Source of the DNA: Candidatus Fraserbacteria bacterium
GTDB lineage: Bacteria > Bipolaricaulota > Bipolaricaulia > RBG-16-55-9
DNA: 31,225 nt
Direction: 5' to 3'
NCBI GenBank assembly: GCA_037443265.1
Contig: JBBIOR010000001.1
Coordinates: 85,265 to 116,489, forward strand
The number at the start of each line of letters is the position of its first letter. The stretch's first letter is position 1. A model generated the notes under the pieces. That model was not told the DNA's origin, made no database searches, and saw only the letters and a program-made list of their open reading frames with translations. The translations under genes and the position numbers were made by a program. This document shows positions 18,816 through 26,916 of the stretch, in pieces.

Positions 18816-18923
18816 GAGCAGAGAACTCCTGGGCGCTATCATAAAGCAGAATCTTCCCCACAGCAAAGAGCAGCTAGGCAGACGATTGCCTCCTTCAGTA
18901 GCGACCCAGTAGAATGCCCTCGG

Positions 18924-19592
18924 ATGGACGAAGAGATCAAGCGACCGCTGGCTTTATTTCGAGATCGCTGGCAGGCAGGAGAAGAGCTGGCAGAGCACCT
19001 CTCTTGCTCTTTGGCCAAAGAGGCTTTGATCTTGGGGATTCCACGAGGGGGCGTGGCTGTGGCGGCCGAGGTCGCCCGCCGCCTGAAAGCAGAACTCGAT
19101 GTGATTGTGGCGCGCAAGCTGGGAGCTCCCATGTCGGCGGAGCTGGCCATCGGCGCGGTCACGGCCAACGGCGGACGTTTTCTCAATGAAGGGCTCCTCC
19201 GAGAGCTGGAGATACCGGCCTCGTATGTGGAGGCCGTGACGGCCCAGGAGATGGCCGAAGCCCGTCGCCGCGAGGGACTCTATCGTGGCTCTCGCCCTAA
19301 AAGCCGCCTGGAAGGCCGCATCGTGATCGTGGTAGACGATGGCTTGGCCACGGGAGCCACGATGCGCGCGGCCGTGCGCTCTGTGCGCAGAGAAAACCCA
19401 GCGAAGCTCGTGGTGGCTGTTCCTGTCGGATCCCAAGAAGCGCGTGACGCCCTCGCCCCAGAAGTCGATGAGCTCATCTGCCTAAATACGCCAACGCCTT
19501 TCTACGCCGTGGGGCTCTACTACGAGCGCTTTGATCCCATCGATGACGCGGAAGTCCAGCAGATCCTCCAGCAAGCTGGGAGGGCGGGATGA
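18924..19592 (+). CDS. Phosphoribosyltransferase-family protein
   Basis: FRDRWQAGEELA; LGIPRGGV; ARKLGAP...ELAIGAV; PRPP loop VIVVDDGLATGATM; FYAVGLYYERF. Confidence 0.9.
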   Translation: MDEEIKRPLALFRDRWQAGEELAEHLSCSLAKEALILGIPRGGVAVAAEVARRLKAELDVIVARKLGAPMSAELAIGAVTANGGRFLNEGLLRELEIPASYVEAVTAQEMAEARRREGLYRGSRPKSRLEGRIVIVVDDGLATGATMRAAVRSVRRENPAKLVVAVPVGSQEARDALAPEVDELICLNTPTPFYAVGLYYERFDPIDDAEVQQILQQAGRAG

Positions 19593-19605
19593 AAAAGGAG
19601 CTGCC

Positions 19606-20979
19606 ATGATTCAAGCGGCCTTGCGCTATTTGAAAGAACACCGTCGGCAAGCGCTGGATCAGCTAAAAGAGTTGATTGCGATTCCGAGCATCAGCACGCT
19701 GCCAGACCATGTCAAAGACATCCAAAGGGCAGCCCAGTGGCTGGCCCATAGGCTCAAGCAGATCGTCCTGGAGCACGTGCAGATCATTAAAACTACTCGC
19801 CACCCCCTAGTCTATGCCGACTGGCTGCACGCCGCAGACAGACCCACGGTGCTCATCTACGGCCACTATGACGTCCAGCCCGTCGATCCCCTCCCTGAGT
19901 GGGAGACGCCGCCCTTTGAGCCCACAGTACGAGGCGAAAATCTCTATGCCCGAGGTGCTTCCGACAACAAGGGCCAGCTCCTCACCCACATCCGAGCCGT
20001 CGAGGCCCTCTTGAAGACCGAGGGCAGACTGCCCGTCAATGTGAAATTTCTCATTGAGGGCGAGGAGGAGATCGGCAGCGAAAGCTTAAAGAGTTTTCTG
20101 CCAGAGCATAAACAGCTATTCGAGTCTGATATATGCGTGATCTCGGATTCTCATATGCTCGCGCCCGATCAGCCGGCGATCGTCTACGGCCTGCGGGGCC
20201 TAGTCTATGGCGAAGTAGAGGTGCAAGGCCCAAGCCACGATCTCCACTCGGGTTCTTATGGGGGTGCCGTGCACAACCCCTTGCAAGTTTTGTGTGAGCT
20301 GATCGCCCAACTCCACGATGAAAGGGGTCGGGTTACCATCCCAGGCTTCTATGATCGGGTACGCCCGCTCGAAGAGAGGGCTGAGCTGGCCCGTCTGCCC
20401 ATCTCTGAGGAAAACCTTCTAAAAGAGACGGGCGTGCCGGCTCTTTGGGGAGAAGCCGGCTATACCCCGCTGGAGAGGGTGGGTGCGCGGCCTACTCTAG
20501 AGATTCACGGCATTCGCGGCGGCTTCACCGGCGAGGGGGCCAAGACCGTCATTCCGGCCAAAGCCCTAGCAAAGATCAGCATGCGCCTGGTGCCCTATCA
20601 ATCCAGCGAGGAGATTGCGCCATTATTCAAGGAGCACGTGGAGTCGCTCGCCCCCAGGACCGTCAGAGTCTCTGTGCGTATTTTGCAGAGCGGCGATCCG
20701 GTGCTCCTGGATAGAAGGCATCCGGCGTTTCAGGCCGCCTCCAGAGCTTATGAAGCCAGCTTTGGCGCAAAGCCCGTCTACACCCTAGAAGGCGGGAGCA
20801 TTCCCATCGTCGTCCTATTGCAGAAGATCTTCCATATGCCCGTGGTGCTGATGGGCTTCGGCCTGCCTGATGATCGCTTGCACTCGCCCAATGAGAAATT
20901 TCATCTGCCCAACTTCTACCGCGGCATGGAGTGTTCTGTGCACTTCCTCCATGAGCTGGGGAGTGTCACTCAACCGTGA
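19606..20979 (+). CDS. M20 family metallo-dipeptidase
   Basis: YGHYDVQP; ARGASDNKGQ; EGEEEIGS; DLHSG; GGSIP; HSPNEKF. AAGGAG SD. Confidence 0.92.
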   Translation: MIQAALRYLKEHRRQALDQLKELIAIPSISTLPDHVKDIQRAAQWLAHRLKQIVLEHVQIIKTTRHPLVYADWLHAADRPTVLIYGHYDVQPVDPLPEWETPPFEPTVRGENLYARGASDNKGQLLTHIRAVEALLKTEGRLPVNVKFLIEGEEEIGSESLKSFLPEHKQLFESDICVISDSHMLAPDQPAIVYGLRGLVYGEVEVQGPSHDLHSGSYGGAVHNPLQVLCELIAQLHDERGRVTIPGFYDRVRPLEERAELARLPISEENLLKETGVPALWGEAGYTPLERVGARPTLEIHGIRGGFTGEGAKTVIPAKALAKISMRLVPYQSSEEIAPLFKEHVESLAPRTVRVSVRILQSGDPVLLDRRHPAFQAASRAYEASFGAKPVYTLEGGSIPIVVLLQKIFHMPVVLMGFGLPDDRLHSPNEKFHLPNFYRGMECSVHFLHELGSVTQP

Positions 20980-21145
20980 CGCTGCGGGCGAGGGAATCTC
21001 TTCTACAGCGAAAACAGCACTCCTATGGAGAAGCGGGCACTCATGGCTTTGGGGGAGTCCATGGGAGCGAGCTCTGCTGGCCAGCGATCTTTGACATCGT
21101 CTTGAACCCATCCTTCCCCATAAGATATGCTAGAAGAGATCGCCC

Positions 21146-22441
21146 ATGAGAGGCAAGCGGAGAGAGCGCTCTCACCAGTTGTATTTGGAGGCTCAGCGCT
21201 ACATGCCCGGTGGGGTGAGCAGCCCCGTAAGAGCCTTTAAGGCTGTGGGTGGCTCGCCCCTGTTTATCACCCGCGCCCGAGGCTCAAAGATCTACGACGT
21301 CGACGGGCATGAATATATTGACTACGTCTGCTCCTGGGGGCCCTTGATCTTGGGTCATGCCCATCCCCAAGTGGTGGAAGCCCTCAAGAGGGCCGTCGAG
21401 CGCGGGACGAGCTATGGTGCGCCCACGGAGCTGGAGATTAAGCTCGCTCGGGAGATCCAGCACGCCATGCCCACCCTGGAGAGGATTCGCTTCGTCAACT
21501 CCGGCACGGAGGCCAGCATGAGCGCCTTAAGACTCGCCCGTGCCTACACGCGCAGGAACAAGATTGTAAAATTCGAGGGCTGCTACCACGGCCATGCCGA
21601 TATGCTCTTAGTGCAAGCGGGCTCGGGCATGGCAACGCTAGGGTTGCCGGATTCTCCGGGGGTCCCTCCGGCCATCGCCCAAGAGACCCTCGTTGCCCCC
21701 TTCAATGATCTTACGGCCGTCAAGGCACTCTTCAAGAGATATTCGGCGGAGATCGCGGCTGTGATCGTCGAGCCCATCGCGGGGAATATGGGCGTGGTAC
21801 CCCCACAGCCCGGATTTCTCGAAGGGGTTCGCAAGCTCACCCGCGCGCATGGAGCGCTCCTCATCTTCGATGAAGTCATCACGGGCTTTCGCGTGGCCTA
21901 CGGGGGGGCTCAAGCGCTCTACAACATCCGGCCCGATCTCGTATGTTTGGGCAAGATCATCGGCGGAGGGCTTCCCATTGGAGCCTACGGCGGCCGACGG
22001 GAGATCATGGAGCTGGTTGCCCCCAACGGGCCGGTCTATCAGGCCGGGACGCTCTCGGGAAATCCCCTGGCTATGACCGCCGGACTCGCTACTCTCCAGG
22101 CACTCCAGCAAGAAGGGGTCTACGATCGCCTAGAGAGGCTTTCGGCCCAGCTGGCAGAGGGCCTGCAAGAGGCAGCCGACGACGTGGACATCCCAGCGAA
22201 GATCCAGCGCGTGGGCTCAATGCTCACGCTCTTCTTCACCGAGGTCAGCGTGAGGGACTACACTTCAGCCAAGGCGTCCGATGCCGAACGCTATGCGCAC
22301 TTCTTCTGGGGGATGCTGGAGGAAGGCATTTATCTGCCGCCCTCACAGTTCGAGGCCTGGTTCGTATCGCTGGCCCATACAGAAGAAGACATCCGGAAGA
22401 CAGCTGAGGCAGCCGCATCGGCCCTAAGAGCGCTCTGGTGA
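21146..22441 (+). CDS. hemL: Glutamate-1-semialdehyde 2,1-aminomutase
   Basis: [76 protein letters not shown]. Confidence 0.97.
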   Translation: MRGKRRERSHQLYLEAQRYMPGGVSSPVRAFKAVGGSPLFITRARGSKIYDVDGHEYIDYVCSWGPLILGHAHPQVVEALKRAVERGTSYGAPTELEIKLAREIQHAMPTLERIRFVNSGTEASMSALRLARAYTRRNKIVKFEGCYHGHADMLLVQAGSGMATLGLPDSPGVPPAIAQETLVAPFNDLTAVKALFKRYSAEIAAVIVEPIAGNMGVVPPQPGFLEGVRKLTRAHGALLIFDEVITGFRVAYGGAQALYNIRPDLVCLGKIIGGGLPIGAYGGRREIMELVAPNGPVYQAGTLSGNPLAMTAGLATLQALQQEGVYDRLERLSAQLAEGLQEAADDVDIPAKIQRVGSMLTLFFTEVSVRDYTSAKASDAERYAHFFWGMLEEGIYLPPSQFEAWFVSLAHTEEDIRKTAEAAASALRALW

Positions 22442-22450
22442 GAAGAGCAG

Positions 22451-22595
22451 GCCTGGTCCGCGGTGTCCTCCGCCCCTATTTTTGAGAGCCACTGGGGAAA
22501 AATCCCGCGCGTTAAGGAGGGAAACTGCGCGGGCAAAACCCTGGCGGCCGGTGAGCTTTCGCCTCACCTGCAGAGGGCACCGCGGACAGCCAGGT
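22451..22595 (+). ncRNA. ssrS: Probable 6S RNA (rod with central bubble)
   Basis: Closing stem GCCTGG-TCCGCGGTGTCCTC / GAGGGCACCGCGGAC-agCCAGGT; central bubble with 5' pyrimidine-rich strand and 3' hairpin GGTGAG/CTCACC; apical stems GCC/GGC, CTGGGG/CCCTGG, CCCGCGC/GCGCGGG. G-U wobbles all favour the + strand. Ends are approximate. Confidence 0.65.
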
Positions 22596-22608
22596 AAGGA
22601 GGTGAGTA

Positions 22609-22695
22609 GTGAATAATTCCATGGCCCATCACACCAGCCAGAGTCTAGAGGGCCAACGAGCAGATGCCCATGACCCGCATCAGCCGATTGCCTGA
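22609..22695 (+). CDS. Putative 28-aa small ORF
   Basis: Perfect TAAGGAGGTGA SD, then GTG: MNNSMAHHTSQSLEGQRADAHDPHQPIA*. No recognisable family. Confidence 0.35.
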   Translation: MNNSMAHHTSQSLEGQRADAHDPHQPIA

Positions 22696-22697
22696 TG

Positions 22698-22726
22698 TTG
22701 ATCAGTCGAGCGCTTCCCCCTATAGT
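22698..22726 (+). promoter_or_regulatory. Promoter of serC-hemH
   Basis: TTGATC-17 nt-TATAGT. Confidence 0.55.
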
Positions 22727-22763
22727 GTTACACTGTTTCATGAATATGAAGAGGGGACGGACC

Positions 22764-23852
22764 ATGACAAAGCGCGTTCATAATTTCAATCCCGGCCCTG
22801 CGGCTCTGCCCCTCCCCGTTCTGGAGCAAGCACAGCAAGAGTTTCTCGATTTCGAGGGCTCGGGCATCTCCATCCTGGAGGCGAGCCACCGTGGCGGGCT
22901 GTACGAGCAGATCCACAACGAAGCGATCGCCAATCTCCGCACGCTTCTGGGGTGTGGAGAGGACTACGCGATTTTATTTATGGGTGGGGGCGCGACGACC
23001 CAATTCGCGCTGGTGCCCATGAATCTCTTACCCAAGGGCTCTTTTGCGGAGTATATTAACACGGGCCACTGGAGCCTAAGAGCGCTGGCAGAAGCCCGCA
23101 AACTCAGCGATGTTCGAGAGATCTGGTCCAGCGCCCCTACCCACTACGACCGCGTGCCCTCTCCCGAAGAATTTCACGTGAGCCCTCTTGCCGCTTATCT
23201 CCACTACACGAGCAACAACACCATCGAGGGCACGCAGTTTTCGTATGTGCCCGACTCCGGCGGAGTCCCTCTGGTCTGCGACATGTCTTCAGATATCCTC
23301 AGCCATCGCTTAGACATTGCGCGCTTCGCTCTCATCTACGCCGGCGCGCAGAAGAACTTGGGACCGGCGGGCGTCACCCTCGTCATCATTCGCAAAGATC
23401 TCTTGGAACGCTCTCCCAAAGACCTTCCGTCCACGTTCAGCTACGCTCGCATGGCCCAGGAGAATTCTCTTTTGAACACGCCGCCCGTCTTTGCTATTTA
23501 TCTTGTGGCGCTTGTGACGCGCTATTATTTAAAGCAAGGGGGCCTGGCGGCCCTCGAGGCCCAAAACCAAGAGAAAGCACGGCTCATTTACAAAACCATC
23601 GATCAATCGGAGGGCTTCTATCGCGGCTGTGCTCACCCTATAAGCCGCTCACAGATGAACGTGACCTTTCGTCTAGGCACGGAAGAGCTGGAGAAGCGCT
23701 TTCTGAGTGAGAGTGAAGAGGCCGGCTTGGTGGGGCTAAAGGGGCACCGCTCCGTGGGCGGGATTCGCGCCTCTCTCTACAACGCCGTGACGCTCTCCAG
23801 CGTGCGCCATCTGGTCCAGTTCATGCGTGACTTTCAAAATCGCTATGGCTGA
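22764..23852 (+). CDS. serC: Phosphoserine aminotransferase
   Basis: HNFNPGPAALP; SHR; NNTIEG; CDMSSDILS; YAGAQKNLGPAG; NTPP; LKGHRSVGGIRASLYNA. Confidence 0.96.
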   Translation: MTKRVHNFNPGPAALPLPVLEQAQQEFLDFEGSGISILEASHRGGLYEQIHNEAIANLRTLLGCGEDYAILFMGGGATTQFALVPMNLLPKGSFAEYINTGHWSLRALAEARKLSDVREIWSSAPTHYDRVPSPEEFHVSPLAAYLHYTSNNTIEGTQFSYVPDSGGVPLVCDMSSDILSHRLDIARFALIYAGAQKNLGPAGVTLVIIRKDLLERSPKDLPSTFSYARMAQENSLLNTPPVFAIYLVALVTRYYLKQGGLAALEAQNQEKARLIYKTIDQSEGFYRGCAHPISRSQMNVTFRLGTEELEKRFLSESEEAGLVGLKGHRSVGGIRASLYNAVTLSSVRHLVQFMRDFQNRYG

Positions 23853-24738
23853 CGTCTTGCTGATGGCCTACGGCAGCCCCTATCGCGCGGAAGAGATCGC
23901 AGATTATTACACCGACATCCGTCGGGGCCAGCCGCCTCCGCCGCCGCTTTTGCAAGAGCTCATCGAACGCTATCGCACAATCGGAAGAAGCCCCTTAAAC
24001 GAGATCACCTTCGCTCAGGCCCAAGCCCTCCGGCAGGCGCTCGGCCCAGGCAGCCGCGTTTGGGTGGGCATGAAGCACTGGCGCCCCTTTATTCGCGAGG
24101 CCGTGGCTGCCATGGCCGAGGCCCAAGTCGAAAGAGCCCTAGGGATCGTCGCGGCTCCCCATTATTCTCATATGAGCATTGGAGGCTACATCGAGCGCTG
24201 CGAGAAGGCTCTCGAAGAGCTGGGGCGCCCCTTCCAGATGAGCTACGTCGAGCATTATCATAATCACCCGCTCTACATTGAAGCTGTGGCGCGACGCCTC
24301 CAGGCCACCCTGGAGGAGTTCGAGCGACCTGAGGAGGTCTTTACGCTGTTTACCGCCCATAGTCTGCCCGCGTGCATCCTCGAAGCGAAGGACCCGTACC
24401 CGCAGCAGCTTTGTGAGACGGCGCACTTAGTCGCAAGAAGGCTGGGACTTTCGCTCTGGGACACGGCCTATCAGTCCGCCGGAAGGACTCCGGAACCCTG
24501 GCTGGGGCCGGACATCAAAGAAAAGCTAGAGGAGCTTCGAGCGCAGGGATTTTTGAACGTAGCCGTGGCAGCCGTGGGCTTTCCCTCCGACCATCTTGAA
24601 GTCCTCTATGACATCGACTACGAAGCTCAAAATAAGGCCCAAGAGCTGGGAATGACCCTCAAGCGCGTCAGAAGCCTCAACGCCGATCCGGATTACATCA
24701 CAGTGCTGAAAGCGCTGGTGGAGGAGCAGCTTTTCTGA
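23845..24738 (+). CDS. hemH: Ferrochelatase, likely coproporphyrin ferrochelatase CpfC type
   Basis: VLLMAYGSP; YYTDIRRG; GMKHWRPFI; APHYS; FTAHSLP; DPYPQQ; YQSAGRTPEPWLGPD; DHLEVLYDID. Confidence 0.93.
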   Translation: MADVLLMAYGSPYRAEEIADYYTDIRRGQPPPPPLLQELIERYRTIGRSPLNEITFAQAQALRQALGPGSRVWVGMKHWRPFIREAVAAMAEAQVERALGIVAAPHYSHMSIGGYIERCEKALEELGRPFQMSYVEHYHNHPLYIEAVARRLQATLEEFERPEEVFTLFTAHSLPACILEAKDPYPQQLCETAHLVARRLGLSLWDTAYQSAGRTPEPWLGPDIKEKLEELRAQGFLNVAVAAVGFPSDHLEVLYDIDYEAQNKAQELGMTLKRVRSLNADPDYITVLKALVEEQLF

Positions 24739-25764
24739 TCAGCGCTGGCTCGCCTCGTGCACGAACTCCACCAGATGCTGAACGTTCTCTGGAGGCGTGT
24801 CTAAGAGAATGCCATGCCCCAAATTGAAGACATGGCCGGGACGACCGCTGGCCTGCTCTAAAATCGCTTGGGCTTGCTTGTGGATGAGCTCTTGAGGCCC
24901 CAAGAGTACGGCCGGATCAAGATTTCCTTGAATGGCCCGATCATAGCCAATGCGCTGCCAGGCCTGATGGAGGGGAATGCGCCAGTCCACTCCGATCACG
25001 TCTCCGCCAGCTTCTCTCATCAACTCCAAGAGCGTAGCCGTCCCCATCCCGAAGTGGATTCGGGGCACTCCCATCCCCTTGAGGCCCTCAAAGATGCGTT
25101 TCGAGTACGGCAGCACGTGCGCGCGATAATCACTTGGGCTAAGACAGCCCACCCAACTGTCAAAGAGCTGAACCGCTTGAACGCCGGCATGAATCTGGGC
25201 TTTGAGATAGGCGAGAATCACTTGGGTGAGCTTGTCCATGAGCAGCTGCCAGATGTGGGGCTGCGTGTACATGAAGCGCTTCGTTTGTGAAAAGTCCCGC
25301 GAGGGCCTGCCCTCAATGAGATAAGTGGCCAGCGTAAAGGGCGCACCTGAAAAGCCGATCAAGGGCACCTCGAGCTCTTCTCTTAGCAGACGGATCGTCT
25401 TAAGCACATAGGGCACGTCTTCTTCAGGCACAATCACCCTCAAGGCTTCGACCTCTTGGCGGCTACGTAGGGGGCACTCCAGCACAGGGCCCATGCTCTC
25501 GATAATCTCAAAAGAGACGCCCATCCCCTCGATGGGCAGCATGATGTCCGCAAACAGAATAGCCGCGTCCAGGTCGAATTTTTTTAACGGCATGAGGGTC
25601 ACTTGAGCGGCAAGCTCGGGCGTCTTGCAGATCGTCAAAATATCGTGTTTCTCTCGGATTTTTCGATACTCCGGCAGATAGCGCCCCGCCTGGCGCATGA
25701 TCCAGATGGGCGTGGCATCCACCGGCTCCCGACTACAGGCCCTCAAGAAACGATCTGCCCTCAT
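24739..25764 (-). CDS. hemE: Uroporphyrinogen decarboxylase
   Basis: PIWIMRQAGRYLPEYR; DAAILFADI; LIGFSGAPFTLATY; QLFDSWVG; QGNLDP; FNLGHGI. Confidence 0.97.
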   Translation of the reverse strand: MRADRFLRACSREPVDATPIWIMRQAGRYLPEYRKIREKHDILTICKTPELAAQVTLMPLKKFDLDAAILFADIMLPIEGMGVSFEIIESMGPVLECPLRSRQEVEALRVIVPEEDVPYVLKTIRLLREELEVPLIGFSGAPFTLATYLIEGRPSRDFSQTKRFMYTQPHIWQLLMDKLTQVILAYLKAQIHAGVQAVQLFDSWVGCLSPSDYRAHVLPYSKRIFEGLKGMGVPRIHFGMGTATLLELMREAGGDVIGVDWRIPLHQAWQRIGYDRAIQGNLDPAVLLGPQELIHKQAQAILEQASGRPGHVFNLGHGILLDTPPENVQHLVEFVHEASQR

Positions 25765-25782
25765 GGCTACAGTGTAGCCCAA

Positions 25783-26778
25783 TCAGTAGTAGTATGCGAG
25801 CAGGCCCAGCAGGGCAAAGCCTACGGAAAGCCCCCAGAAGATCAGGGTGATGGCCCACTCGGGCAGCTCCACACTAGGCAGAAGATAAGTATAATCGATC
25901 CCCTCAGCCCGCTCGAAGTGATGATGCAGCGGGCTCACTTTGAAGATACGCCTGCGAAAGACCCGAAAACTGGCAACTTGCATCATCACCGACAGGGTTT
26001 CTACGAGGGGCACAACCCCAAAGAAGAGCAAGAAGAGCTCCGTGCCCGTGAGCACGCTCGTCATGGCTACAAAGCCCCCCAGGGCCATCGAGCCCGTGTC
26101 CCCCAGAAAGATGCGCGCCGGATGGACGTTGAAGGGAAAGAATCCGAGCAGCACCGCCCCAAAGAGCACATTCAGCCCAAAGAGATCCCCAGGGGCCTCA
26201 AAGAGGAGCAGGCCGTAGGCCAAGAGCGCGATGAGCGTAATTCCAGAGGCTAGCCCATCCAGCCCGTCTGTCAGATTCCAGGCGTTCACAGCCCCCAGCA
26301 GGGTCAGGGCGATCAACGCATAGAGCAGAGGGCCGTCGACGTTCAACTCGAACGCGGCAAAGGGCACCTTCAGGGGAGCCTCCAAGGACGAACCCAAGAG
26401 AGTAAGCAGGAGCGCGATGACGGCCAGTTGCAGAAGGAGCTTGTACCGCCCCAGAAGCCCCCGAGAGTGCTGCTGCCAATATTTCAGCATATCGTCGAGG
26501 AGGCCGATGAGCCCGAAGAAGAGCGTCGCTGTGATCAAGAGCAGTCCTTCCACGCTAAGACGCCTTTCGAGGAGCTGGTAGGCCAGCAGCGCTCCTAGCA
26601 AGACGATCAAGAGGACGGCGCCGCCCATGGTGGGCGTGCCACGCTTGTGCTCGTGGATTTTGGGGCCGTATTCGCGGATGGGTTGCCCTGAGCCGGCCCA
26701 GCGCATCGCCCCAACGAAAAGATGGGTTGCCACGAGGGCGGCGAAAAACCCCCCCACCGCAAAGGGCACCATCTCCAT
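25783..26778 (-). CDS. mraY: Phospho-N-acetylmuramoyl-pentapeptide transferase
   Basis: GQPIREYGPKIHEHKRGTPTMGG; IGLLDD; NAWNLTDGLDGLA; PARIFLGDTGS; ETLSVMMQV; PLHHHFE. Start uncertain (26778 or 26772). Confidence 0.92.
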   Translation of the reverse strand: MEMVPFAVGGFFAALVATHLFVGAMRWAGSGQPIREYGPKIHEHKRGTPTMGGAVLLIVLLGALLAYQLLERRLSVEGLLLITATLFFGLIGLLDDMLKYWQQHSRGLLGRYKLLLQLAVIALLLTLLGSSLEAPLKVPFAAFELNVDGPLLYALIALTLLGAVNAWNLTDGLDGLASGITLIALLAYGLLLFEAPGDLFGLNVLFGAVLLGFFPFNVHPARIFLGDTGSMALGGFVAMTSVLTGTELFLLFFGVVPLVETLSVMMQVASFRVFRRRIFKVSPLHHHFERAEGIDYTYLLPSVELPEWAITLIFWGLSVGFALLGLLAYYY

Positions 26779-26855
26779 ACCCAAGATACAAGCCCCATCC
26801 GAGTCCTCCAACAAGCCGCAAGGGCACGTCTTTGGGGGACATTCATGCCCCAGCT

Positions 26856-26891
26856 ATTTCGAGCGTAGCACGCGAGCAACAGCGAAGCTAT
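26856..26891 (+). repeat. Dispersed repeat, copy 2, abutting the fhs -10 box
   Basis: ATTTCGAGCGTAGCACGCGAGCAACAGCGAAGCTAT; its end overlaps TATAAT at 26889-26894. Confidence 0.6.
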
Positions 26892-26916
26892 AATCTGCAC
26901 CCGAAGGAGGTCGAAG

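Noticed and set aside
18543..18923. 127-aa N-terminal extension of the PRTase running through the TCACG repeat
   Set aside because: Low-complexity, overlaps the opposite-strand gene; homology and a promoter point to ATG 18924, so the repeat is not a coding frameshift switch.
22451..22600. Glycine or other riboswitch upstream of serC, or SRP RNA/tmRNA
   Set aside because: Lacks glycine aptamer motifs (GGAGA...CCGAAG...CTCTCAGG), the SRP GGAA-loop domain and tRNA-like ends; serC has its own downstream promoter; the rod-with-bubble shape fits 6S better.
26790..26900. ZTP (pfl) or THF riboswitch upstream of fhs
   Set aside because: No GACTGGCG...CGCCTGGG or THF consensus, and the fhs -10 box lies downstream of the hairpin.
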